64,000 nt of DNA. Origin: Akkermansia sp. (GTDB taxonomy: Bacteria > Verrucomicrobiota > Verrucomicrobiia > Verrucomicrobiales > Akkermansiaceae). Below are positions 19,585 through 27,957 of this stretch, piece after piece; the stretch's first letter is position 1; each line of letters opens with the position of its first letter. The notes beneath the pieces were generated by a model, which was not told where the DNA came from, made no database searches, and saw nothing but the letters and a program-made list of their open reading frames with translations. A program made the translations under genes and the position numbers. The DNA lies in the NCBI GenBank assembly GCA_017398765.1, contig JAFQEY010000061.1, positions 7,973 through 71,972 on the forward strand, read 5' to 3'.

Positions 19585-21294
19585 TTACTTGGCTTCAGCG
19601 TTTTCTACTGCTGAGTAGGTTTCGGAGTAAGCCTTGTCAGCGGCAGCCTTGGCAGCTGCGGCAGCTTTTTCCGCGATAACGGTTTCGGCATCAAGCTTGG
19701 CAGCGGCAGCCTCGTATGCCTGCACGGCAGCGGCATCGCCGGACTGAGCCGCATCATACAGAGCCCAGAGGTTGAGTTTGGTGGTAGCTGCTTTGTGTGC
19801 TTCTGTGAAAGCGTTGGCGGCTGCCTCTGCGGCTGCTTCTTCCTCTGCGGAAGCCCAGGCATGGCTGTAGCCCTTTACCTCGTTCCAGTAACCGCGGGTA
19901 AAGTCCGGGAAAGTCACGGAGCAGTTGTTGTTGTCCATGGACAGGGAACCCAGCTCTGCCAGACAGCACCATTCGGCCATGTCGTACACGTCCATGTCCA
20001 GCGGTAAACCATTCTGGAGGCAGTATACCATGCGCACGTCCATGAAGAAGTCCATGCCGCCGTGTCCACCGACCTTTTCAGCCATTTTGCCGTACTTCTT
20101 GATGATGGGGTGACGGTAGGTTTCACGAAGCTTCTTCATGTTTTCCTCACTCATGAAGCTGTGGGAATCAAGGTCTTCCAAATCAGGAGCCCCCTCTGTT
20201 TCTTTCATGTGACCGCTTTCCAGCACGAAGCCCTCAATGGGGTACTTGTTGGCAAAGCCACGGGTGCCGTTGAGTTGGAAGAGCCGGTTGTAGGGCTGGG
20301 GATTCATGACGTTATGCTGAATCTCCACCACCTTGCCGTTTTCCGTACGCATGAGCGTGGTGGTGTGGTCGCCGTTGCGGAACTCAGGGCAGGGTTTGCC
20401 GGTCTTCTTTTCCACGTATTCGCGACCGTGCACAGACTTGGTGTCCATGGCCACGAGGGTGCGGAAGCGGTCACCGCGGTGAATGTTCATGACCTGAGCC
20501 ACGGGGCCGAGACCGTGTGTGGCATACACGTCGCCACGGTTCTCTTTGTTGTACTTCATGCGCCAGCCCAGCTTGTCCGGGTCGTTGTTGGGGTTTACCC
20601 AGTAGTCACCCCAGAAGGGGTCAAGATTGTGGATGTAGGCACCCTTGGCATAAAGCACCTCACCAAGAACCCCCTGCTGGGCCATGTTGAGGGCATCCAG
20701 CTCAAACCAGTCGTAGCAGCAGTTCTCCAGAATCATGCAGTGTTTGCGAGTCTTTTCCGACAGGTCAATGAGCTCCCAGCACTGTTCCAGATTCATGGCA
20801 CTGGGTACCTCGATAGCGGTGTGTTTGCCGTTCTCCAGTGCGCATTTGGCAACCGGGAAGTGGTGATCCCAGTCCGTGGCTACATATACCAGGTCAATAT
20901 CCGGGCGCTTGCAGAGCTCCTCATAGCCTTTTTCGCCCCAATAGATGGCAGCAGGGGCAAGACCGGCCTTGCGCAGGGCTTTCTGACATTTCTCGGCACG
21001 AGCCTTTTCATAGTCACAGAGAGCCACGACTTCCACACCGGGGATGTGGGTAAAACGGGTAACGGCACCGGGGCCACGCATGCCAAGCCCCACGAATGCA
21101 ACGCGTACGGTCTTCATCTTTGGAGCTTTGAGCCCGACTACATGCTGCTGTCCGTCGGGACGGGCGGGAGTCTCCACTACCAGAGTGCCCTTGTCCCAGT
21201 GAGTCCGGGTGGACGGCGACAGCGACTGAGCATTCAGTCCCCCTACTGCGAAGAGGGCCATTAATGCTATTGTTGCAATGTTTTTCAGTTTCAT
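19585..21294 (-). CDS. GH109 NAD+-dependent alpha-N-acetylgalactosaminidase (Gfo/Idh/MocA fold), secreted
   Basis: Signal peptide; VGLGMRG, EVPSA, LENCCY, YATHGLGPV, GGHGGMD; Ala-rich C-terminal tail. Confidence 0.92.
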   Translation of the reverse strand: MKLKNIATIALMALFAVGGLNAQSLSPSTRTHWDKGTLVVETPARPDGQQHVVGLKAPKMKTVRVAFVGLGMRGPGAVTRFTHIPGVEVVALCDYEKARAEKCQKALRKAGLAPAAIYWGEKGYEELCKRPDIDLVYVATDWDHHFPVAKCALENGKHTAIEVPSAMNLEQCWELIDLSEKTRKHCMILENCCYDWFELDALNMAQQGVLGEVLYAKGAYIHNLDPFWGDYWVNPNNDPDKLGWRMKYNKENRGDVYATHGLGPVAQVMNIHRGDRFRTLVAMDTKSVHGREYVEKKTGKPCPEFRNGDHTTTLMRTENGKVVEIQHNVMNPQPYNRLFQLNGTRGFANKYPIEGFVLESGHMKETEGAPDLEDLDSHSFMSEENMKKLRETYRHPIIKKYGKMAEKVGGHGGMDFFMDVRMVYCLQNGLPLDMDVYDMAEWCCLAELGSLSMDNNNCSVTFPDFTRGYWNEVKGYSHAWASAEEEAAAEAAANAFTEAHKAATTKLNLWALYDAAQSGDAAAVQAYEAAAAKLDAETVIAEKAAAAAKAAADKAYSETYSAVENAEAK

Positions 21295-21474
21295 ATCGTT
21301 TTTGCGGGTTATGCCCTGCGGCGTGAAAAGAAACGACCGGGTGGTCGCTTTTGCACCGAAAGGTGAATATTCGGTATACTAGCAGTTTTGATGCGGCAGG
21401 TCAAGCTCTAAGCGCGTCCATTGAATCGGGGAATTAGTCAAACGATTGCTATAAAAGGAGTAAGGAAAGAGATT

Positions 21475-22314
21475 TCACCCGCAGAACAGTGCGGCTCGCA
21501 GGTGCAGTGCTGTCTGCAGCTCCGCAACATCGTGTACCCGGTGCATGTCTGCGCCTCTGTCTGCTGCCAGCAGGGAAAGAACAACGGTTGGCAGAGCTTC
21601 CGGAACCGGTTCGGCTCGATTGTTCAGCAGCTCCCCGATGAATCGTTTGCGGGAAAGAGCCATCAGAATCGGGCGGTCGGCAATGCGGAATTCCTCCTGA
21701 TGCCGGAGAATCTCCAGAGTGTGTGCTGCTTTTTTTCCGAAGCCTATACCCGGATCCAGACAAAGCCGCTCCGGGGTGATGCCGAGTTGCTGAAGCGTGT
21801 GTATTCTCTCTGTAAAAAACTCACGTAGTAACTGAGGCATGCGTTCCGGGGTGGGTAAGTCGGCATTGAAGGGCAGACGGTGCATGAGGATGATACCGCA
21901 GGGGCACTCAGCGCACAGTGCTGCCATGCGCGGGTCAGTCAGTGCTGAAATGTCATTGATGATATCCACGCCTGCCTCCAGCGCAGCTTCAGCAACATCT
22001 GCATGCCTGGTGTCAATGGAGAGCAGGGCGTGTGGGTGACGTGCTCTCAGTGCTTTTATCAGGGGGATGGTTCGGGATATTTCCGTGCCGGTATCAATCG
22101 GCGTGGCTCCGGGGCGTGTTGATTCACCGCCGATGTCAATGATATGTGCCCCCGCTGCCAACAGAGTTTCTGCGTGATGGAGTGCCGCCGGCAGAGAATC
22201 GTGAGCCCCGCCATCAGAGAAGGAATCCGGGGTAGTATTGAGGATGCCGACGATGCCGCCTGTTTTCGGGATTTCCCAGCACTTGTTTCTCAGTTGCCAA
22301 GAGCGATTTCTCAT
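21475..22314 (-). CDS. folP: Dihydropteroate synthase
   Basis: GILNTTPDSFSDGG, DIGGESTRPGA, SIDT, INDIS, DPGIGFGK, SRKRF, RVHDV. Confidence 0.97.
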   Translation of the reverse strand: MRNRSWQLRNKCWEIPKTGGIVGILNTTPDSFSDGGAHDSLPAALHHAETLLAAGAHIIDIGGESTRPGATPIDTGTEISRTIPLIKALRARHPHALLSIDTRHADVAEAALEAGVDIINDISALTDPRMAALCAECPCGIILMHRLPFNADLPTPERMPQLLREFFTERIHTLQQLGITPERLCLDPGIGFGKKAAHTLEILRHQEEFRIADRPILMALSRKRFIGELLNNRAEPVPEALPTVVLSLLAADRGADMHRVHDVAELQTALHLRAALFCG

Positions 22315-22320
22315 GCGGGG

Positions 22321-22349
22321 ATGATAACAACTCGCACTACATCCGTCAA
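22321..22349 (-). promoter_or_regulatory. Promoter of folP (leaderless spacing)
   Basis: TTGACG-17 nt-TATCAT, 6 nt before ATG 22314. Confidence 0.7.
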
Positions 22350-22535
22350 ACGTTATTCCGGGCAAAAAGATTCACTTGCTAAAAAATTATTGTCAGTATG
22401 CCGGAGATTGACCCATTTTTTTCTTTCCTCAAACCACCAAATCCTGTATAAGAACAGCATCGTCCGCTTTTGTTGCCCCGTGTGCTCGGAGCGGATGCCT
22501 GACACAACAACAACATACAGTAAATCTTTTCAATA

Positions 22536-24209
22536 ATGAGCAGTTCATTCTTGCCCGCGCAGTACGCACATCCGTATGAAATAGACCCCAGGTACGGTAA
22601 GTCCGTGGCTTACTTTTGCATGGAGTATGCCATTGATAACGTTTTCAAGATTTATTCCGGTGGGTTGGGCTATCTTGCCGGTTCTCACATGCGCTCTGCC
22701 GGTGCTCTGCGCCAGAATCTTGTGGGTGTAGGCATCCTGTGGTCTTATGGGTACTACAACCAGATTCGCGCAGAGGATGGTTCCATGGCTGTGCAGTACC
22801 GTCGCAAGGAATACAGTTTCCTGGAGGATCACAACATCAAGTTCCTCATCCATATCTGCAATTCTCCTGTGTGGGTGAAAGCCCTCTACCTCCGTCCGGA
22901 GACATTCGGCACGGCTCCCATGTTCTTCCTGACCACAGATTTGCCGGAAAATGATGACATATCGCGCTCCATCACGCAGCGTCTGTATGACTCTAACCCC
23001 ATGACCCGTATTTCCCAGTATATCGTGCTTGGGCAGGGCGGCGCACGGCTCTTTGAAGAGCTGGGGGTGGAGCCGGAGATTTACCACATGAATGAGGCTC
23101 ACGCTATCGGTGCCGCATTCAACATGCTGGCGCGCAACGGCGGCAACGTGGAGGAGGTGCGCAAGCGTTTCGTGTTCACAACCCATACCCCGGAAGAAGC
23201 CGGTAATGAGAAGATGGACATCAACCTGATGAACAATTTCTCGTTCTTCGATGGCCTTACGCTGGAGCAGGTGCGCTCTATGCTGAAGCTTGACCCCAAC
23301 GAGCAGACGTTCAATTACACGCTGGCGGCACTCCGGCTCTCCCACATTGCCAACGGCGTTTCCGCTCTGCATGGCGAAGTCTCCCGCCAGATGTGGCAGA
23401 ACTACTCCGATATCTGCCCGATTACGCACGTTACCAACGCGCAGAATAGTGCCTACTGGCAGGATGCCGAGTTGGCAGAGGCATTCGTCTCTCGTGACAA
23501 ACGGGCTTTCCTTAACCGCAAGCGTGCTCTCAAGCGTGACCTTTTCCGCGTGGTGGGTGAGCAGACAGGGCATCTTTTTGATCAGGACACTCTCACCATT
23601 GTGTGGTCTCGCCGCTTTGCTGCATACAAGCGCCCGGCTCTCATCACAGAGAACCCCGTCATGTTTGAACGCATGCTTCAGCGCACCAATCGCCCGGTGC
23701 AGATGATTTGGGCCGGTAAGCCTTATCCCACGGATTTCACCGCCGTGGATATCTTTAACAAACTTAATCGCCTCAGCGACAAATACCCCCGTTGTGCCGT
23801 GCTCACCGGTTATGAGCTGGGCTTGAGCCGTCTGCTGAAAAACGGTTCTGATATCTGGCTGAACAACCCGGTGGTCACTCGTGAAGCCTCCGGCACTTCC
23901 GGCATGTCTGCCACCATGAATGGTTCCATTACCGTGTCTACCAATGATGGCTGGGTGCGTGAATTTGCCCGCGACGGTATCAACTGCTTCCTTATCCCGG
24001 AAGCAAAGGAGGGGCTTGCCCCGGAAGCTCGTGACCGCTCGGATCGAGACAACTTCTACAGCATACTTGAGTCCAGGATTCTGCCTCTCTATTACGATAA
24101 CCGTGAGGCGTGGATGGATTTGGTATTCACCGCCATGAACGATATCTGCCCGGCATTTGATTCAGATCGCATGGCAGATGAGTATTACACCAAGATGTAT
24201 AACTGCTGA
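22536..24209 (+). CDS. glgP: Alpha-glucan (glycogen) phosphorylase, GT35
   Basis: YSGGLGYLAG, HMNEAH, FTTHTP, RRFAAYKR, WLNNP, EASGTSGM. Confidence 0.95.
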   Translation: MSSSFLPAQYAHPYEIDPRYGKSVAYFCMEYAIDNVFKIYSGGLGYLAGSHMRSAGALRQNLVGVGILWSYGYYNQIRAEDGSMAVQYRRKEYSFLEDHNIKFLIHICNSPVWVKALYLRPETFGTAPMFFLTTDLPENDDISRSITQRLYDSNPMTRISQYIVLGQGGARLFEELGVEPEIYHMNEAHAIGAAFNMLARNGGNVEEVRKRFVFTTHTPEEAGNEKMDINLMNNFSFFDGLTLEQVRSMLKLDPNEQTFNYTLAALRLSHIANGVSALHGEVSRQMWQNYSDICPITHVTNAQNSAYWQDAELAEAFVSRDKRAFLNRKRALKRDLFRVVGEQTGHLFDQDTLTIVWSRRFAAYKRPALITENPVMFERMLQRTNRPVQMIWAGKPYPTDFTAVDIFNKLNRLSDKYPRCAVLTGYELGLSRLLKNGSDIWLNNPVVTREASGTSGMSATMNGSITVSTNDGWVREFARDGINCFLIPEAKEGLAPEARDRSDRDNFYSILESRILPLYYDNREAWMDLVFTAMNDICPAFDSDRMADEYYTKMYNC

Positions 24210-24231
24210 GGTTGACTCAATCTCCTGTTTG

Positions 24232-24255
24232 GCCGCCGTCCCTTCGGACGGCGGC
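24232..24255 (+). terminator. GC-rich hairpin after glgP
   Basis: GCCGCCGTCC-cttc-GGACGGCGGC; weak U-tract. Confidence 0.6.
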
Positions 24256-24287
24256 TCTCATTCCGGGGGAACTGGCGGAGTTTCCGC

Positions 24288-24316
24288 TTGCGGGGGGAAG
24301 CCGTGTGGCGTATAAT
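24288..24316 (+). promoter_or_regulatory. Promoter (leaderless spacing)
   Basis: TTGCGG-17 nt-TATAAT, 7 nt before ATG 24324. Confidence 0.65.
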
Positions 24317-24323
24317 GGGAAGC

Positions 24324-25631
24324 ATGAACAAGACAGCTGTTTTTGCCGCGTTGGCATTGATAACCTCTCCTCTATCGGCCGGAGAGGCGGAGATGAATCG
24401 TCTCCTGGCAGACTGGCAACAGCAGGTTACTACCTGGCAGCAGAGCGTGCAGGCGGCTGCCACCCCGGAAGCTCAGGCCGGTATCCCGGAACCGGATGCC
24501 GCCGCTTTTGCTCCCTCTCTCTGGCAGTCAATTTCCGCCCAAACCGGTAATCGGCGTGAAAAAATTACCCGCGGCAAAGGTCGTAAGGCGCGGGAGGAGG
24601 TGGTGAGCGTGCCGACATACGAGTTTGATGCGGCATGGGCACTCCCTGCCATTATCTGGTTTCTGCAGCATCCGGAATCCCTTTCGGCTGCCTTTGACGA
24701 GGATCAGAAGGCGCAGGCAGATTATTATGCGGATGCTATTATCAAATCTCTCATACGCGTGCATTTTGCCAATCCCGCGATTCGCGAAATCTGCCCGGTG
24801 CTGGCCTATAACTCCGGTGTGCGGGAGTATGAACTCATGCAGAAAATCTACAACCGGAATCAGGATGCCTCTACCCGTGCCGTGGCAGCACTCTCTCTGA
24901 GCCTCATGCTTAATAATCCCATGATTTCGAGCGTGGAGGGCAGTGAGGCGATGATTCGTGGCAAACGTATCTACTACCTGAAGCAGTCACTGCTGCTGGC
25001 AGACCCCAAAACGCCCTACGGACGTTTCACGCTGGGGGATGTGGCAGCAGAGCAGACATACCGCCTGCGCTATCTTTCGGAAGGCTGCATTCCACCGCAA
25101 ATCAAATTGCATGCTACGGATGGTCGTGTGGTTGCCTGCCCGGAGCAGGGAAAGGTTAATCTGGTTCTTTTCTGGTCGCCGGAGGAGCAGATTGGTGCCT
25201 CTATTGTGGCTCAGCTCGACAAGATGAAGGAAAAGTATCCAGAGCTGCAGATTACTCCCATTGCACCGTTCATGACCCCGGAGGCTCTTCAGCAGGCCGT
25301 GCAGAATGTTCCCGGCATGGAGCGGAGCCTGATAGATGATTCCAAAGCTTCTGCCGGAATGGCTTATCGAGTCAGTTCTCTTCCGTTTGCGATCCTCATC
25401 AGCAAACGCTCCACCGTTCTCTTTATCGGCCCCCCCGGCGTGCAGCTTCAGTCTGCACTGGATGCGGCAATGAAGCCTCAACAGCAGAACCGTCCCAAGG
25501 TTTCCATTGAACCGGCTCAGCAGGACGCTCCGATTATTCAACCCGGTTCTCAACCCAGACCGGCCGAGGATTTGCCGAATTCTCCCGGGAATGCGGCTCC
25601 GCCCGCCCTCCGGGAAATGCCCAGGTTCTGA
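24324..25631 (+). CDS. Secreted protein with helical N-domain and C-terminal TlpA/thioredoxin-like fold lacking CxxC
   Basis: Signal peptide MNKTAVFAALALITSPLSA; G..PPQIKL...DGRVV...QGKVNLVLFWS...YRVSSLPFAILIS; Pro-rich tail. Confidence 0.65.
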   Translation: MNKTAVFAALALITSPLSAGEAEMNRLLADWQQQVTTWQQSVQAAATPEAQAGIPEPDAAAFAPSLWQSISAQTGNRREKITRGKGRKAREEVVSVPTYEFDAAWALPAIIWFLQHPESLSAAFDEDQKAQADYYADAIIKSLIRVHFANPAIREICPVLAYNSGVREYELMQKIYNRNQDASTRAVAALSLSLMLNNPMISSVEGSEAMIRGKRIYYLKQSLLLADPKTPYGRFTLGDVAAEQTYRLRYLSEGCIPPQIKLHATDGRVVACPEQGKVNLVLFWSPEEQIGASIVAQLDKMKEKYPELQITPIAPFMTPEALQQAVQNVPGMERSLIDDSKASAGMAYRVSSLPFAILISKRSTVLFIGPPGVQLQSALDAAMKPQQQNRPKVSIEPAQQDAPIIQPGSQPRPAEDLPNSPGNAAPPALREMPRF

Positions 25632-25660
25632 CAAAATCATTTATACATTAAATCCGGCAG

Positions 25661-26242
25661 CTAAAGGCTGTTCTGACATGCGGCTGCGTAGGCTTCTACC
25701 TGTGGTGGAAGCCAATTGTGCGGTAGCCGTGTGTTGTTTATCAGTGCTTGCCGGATTTCGGTGGAGGAGGCAGGATGATGCCCACAGATGAAATGACTGC
25801 GAACTCCCTCTCTGGGGCTCGGCGCGGAACCGCGGTGGTATACAATGAAGCGGAGCTGCTCTGTCAGGTAATCATAACGCGCCCATTGCTGCAATGACTG
25901 CCACTGATCTGTTCCCATGAGCCAATATAGCTCCGCTTCCGGCTCAACCCGGCGAAAATGCTCCACAAGACGCCAGCTCCAGCTGGGCGGCGGTAGTACC
26001 AAGTCCAAATCCGATACTTCTGCCCATGGGAATTCAGCCGTAGCAAGGCGCAGCATGTCGAGCCGCTGCGCATCACTGAACATGGTTCGCTTACCTTGTT
26101 TGAATGGGGAGCAGGCAGCCGGAAGAAAAATGACCCGATTCAGCTGACACGCTGATTGCGCCGCAGCGGCAATGTGCAGATGCCCGCTGTGCACCGGGTC
26201 AAAGGAGCCGCCGAAGAGGCAGATGTGTGGTTTACAGACCAT
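25661..26242 (-). CDS. nadD: Nicotinate-nucleotide adenylyltransferase
   Basis: FGGSFDPVHSGH, SPFK, LMGTDQ, W, SSTEIR. Confidence 0.93.
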   Translation of the reverse strand: MVCKPHICLFGGSFDPVHSGHLHIAAAAQSACQLNRVIFLPAACSPFKQGKRTMFSDAQRLDMLRLATAEFPWAEVSDLDLVLPPPSWSWRLVEHFRRVEPEAELYWLMGTDQWQSLQQWARYDYLTEQLRFIVYHRGSAPSPREGVRSHFICGHHPASSTEIRQALINNTRLPHNWLPPQVEAYAAACQNSL

Positions 26243-26915
26243 CTGTTCCTTTGTAGGGCAGAAAACCGCCAATGGGGAGTTTCACTTTCTTATTCTCCGG
26301 AGCAAGGCGGCGATAGTGATTGATAAAATTGGTCAGGTGTCCGTAGTTAGCGGCATTCTTGGGTATGCCTTGCTGCCCGCAGTTCACCAGTACGTTGAAG
26401 TGAAGCTCGGCGTGCAGGTGTGCCGGAAACATGCCCCGGTTTGTGCCAATGGTACCCACCTGATCACCTCGTTTTACCAACTGCCCCAGTTGGACATCTA
26501 TTCTGTCCAGATGACTGTACAGCGTCTGGCAGCACAGTACTTTTTTCGTTTTGGGTTCGCGAAAGGCGTGCCGTACAATTACTACTTTGCCCCAGCGGCC
26601 ACGGGCATCTGCCGCATAGGTTACCAGACCATGCCCTACGGTGTAGACCGGGTCGCCCAAATCTGAGTTTCCTCCGCCAATGCCGTTCCAATCCTCACCC
26701 AGATGCCGGGGGGTGGCCAGCCTCAGTCCGCGTGACTTGTAGTATCCTTTGCCATCCGGTTTCCCAACGGGAAAATCAAAGCCATCTGCCAGCGGAACAA
26801 AGGCCCACTTGCCATCCGCTGTCTTTTGCGCAAATTCTGCCGCCGTGGTATTCATGCCTGCGAAACCGATTATCAGCGTCGTTAGAATGATGAGGCGGCG
26901 GTATATCAAATTCAT
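26232..26915 (-). CDS. M23-family metallopeptidase, exported
   Basis: HLGED (HxxxD), TLYSHL, VKRGDQVGTIG, AHLH (HxH); N-terminal signal/TM segment. Confidence 0.9.
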   Translation of the reverse strand: MNLIYRRLIILTTLIIGFAGMNTTAAEFAQKTADGKWAFVPLADGFDFPVGKPDGKGYYKSRGLRLATPRHLGEDWNGIGGGNSDLGDPVYTVGHGLVTYAADARGRWGKVVIVRHAFREPKTKKVLCCQTLYSHLDRIDVQLGQLVKRGDQVGTIGTNRGMFPAHLHAELHFNVLVNCGQQGIPKNAANYGHLTNFINHYRRLAPENKKVKLPIGGFLPYKGTDGL

Positions 26916-27123
26916 GTGTTAATCCTACCACACCTCATACGACTCTATCAAGCATCAATCTTGCCATGGCCAGTGTATGCGCTTTCGTTGTTGTACGCTA
27001 AGCCGTCTGCCTGCCAGATTTGCGTGCTTATCATTTCTCCCGGAAAATCGGATAGAAGTTGAAATAAATATTACGGAATTGCAGATTATACGGATAAATG
27101 AAACAAATGGGCGTAACAGATGC

Positions 27124-27151
27124 TTGACAAAGGGGGGGGAGCAAGTATAAT
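27124..27151 (+). promoter_or_regulatory. Consensus sigma70 promoter with a G8 tract in a 16-nt spacer
   Basis: TTGACA-aaGGGGGGGGagcaag-TATAAT, 11 nt before ATG 27163. Confidence 0.85.
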
Positions 27152-27162
27152 GACTGTCAAGT

Positions 27163-27849
27163 ATGAGAGTGATACGTCTGCTTTTTGCCGCAGTGCTTTG
27201 TGGGCTCAGCCCGCTATCTCACGGACTGGAAGTAATTCTGGCGGGAGGTGTAGCTTTACGTTCCTGGGAGAATTTTCGCGGTCCTGCGGCACATGACAAC
27301 TGGTGGGCCAATTTTATCCGCGCTTCTACCGTGCAGATAGGTATCACCAAGGCAAAGAAGCCGAATGAACGCATAGTCTGGATAGTGTATCGACCCTCAT
27401 ACATTACGCGAGGAAAGGAGAATAAGATAGATTATATTCCTAAAATACGCGAGACCGCTTCAAAGTTAGGCGTGCAGCTGGTGTATGTTGATTCGGCAGA
27501 TGCTGCGTATGCCGCCATTAATAAAGCCCCGCGAAGGGGGGAGAAGATAAATTCCTTTTACTATTTCGGGCACTCCAATCCGCAGGCATTCATGCTGGAC
27601 TACAGCAATGATATCATCGGCGCATCTACGCAGTGGATTCATGAGAATGATTTAGCAGTCAAAATACGGCGTGATATTTTTGCGCCGAATGCAGAATGCT
27701 GGAGCTACGGGTGCTACACCGGGCGGAGTATGAGTGCCAAGTGGAAAGCGGCTTTTGGTGTGCCTATGTGGGGGAATTTGGAATCTACCCGTTACCAACC
27801 CGTGGGTGAAGGAAAACTCCCGGCCGGAGCAGGGCGTTGGGTTCGCTGA
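27163..27849 (+). CDS. Secreted hypothetical protein, possible caspase/CHAT-like (His-Cys dyad) fold
   Basis: Signal peptide; FYYFGHSN and CWSYGCYTG motifs. Confidence 0.6.
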   Translation: MRVIRLLFAAVLCGLSPLSHGLEVILAGGVALRSWENFRGPAAHDNWWANFIRASTVQIGITKAKKPNERIVWIVYRPSYITRGKENKIDYIPKIRETASKLGVQLVYVDSADAAYAAINKAPRRGEKINSFYYFGHSNPQAFMLDYSNDIIGASTQWIHENDLAVKIRRDIFAPNAECWSYGCYTGRSMSAKWKAAFGVPMWGNLESTRYQPVGEGKLPAGAGRWVR

Positions 27850-27899
27850 GCTGACCGCTGTGCCGCACCGGATTACCGCTTGCGCACCGAATTTGTTTT

Positions 27900-27926
27900 C
27901 CGGGAGCAGTAGTGCTCCCGGTTTTT
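27900..27926 (+). terminator. Intrinsic terminator
   Basis: CCGGGAGCA-gtag-TGCTCCCGG followed by T5. Confidence 0.85.
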
Positions 27927-27957
27927 GCCGGGAAAGAGCGCGCGGCTCATATATCAT

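Noticed and set aside
20062..21264. 400-aa ORF on the + strand
   Set aside because: Antisense shadow of the codon-biased GH109 gene.
22545..23573. 342-aa ORF on the - strand
   Set aside because: Antisense to glgP; no recognisable domain.
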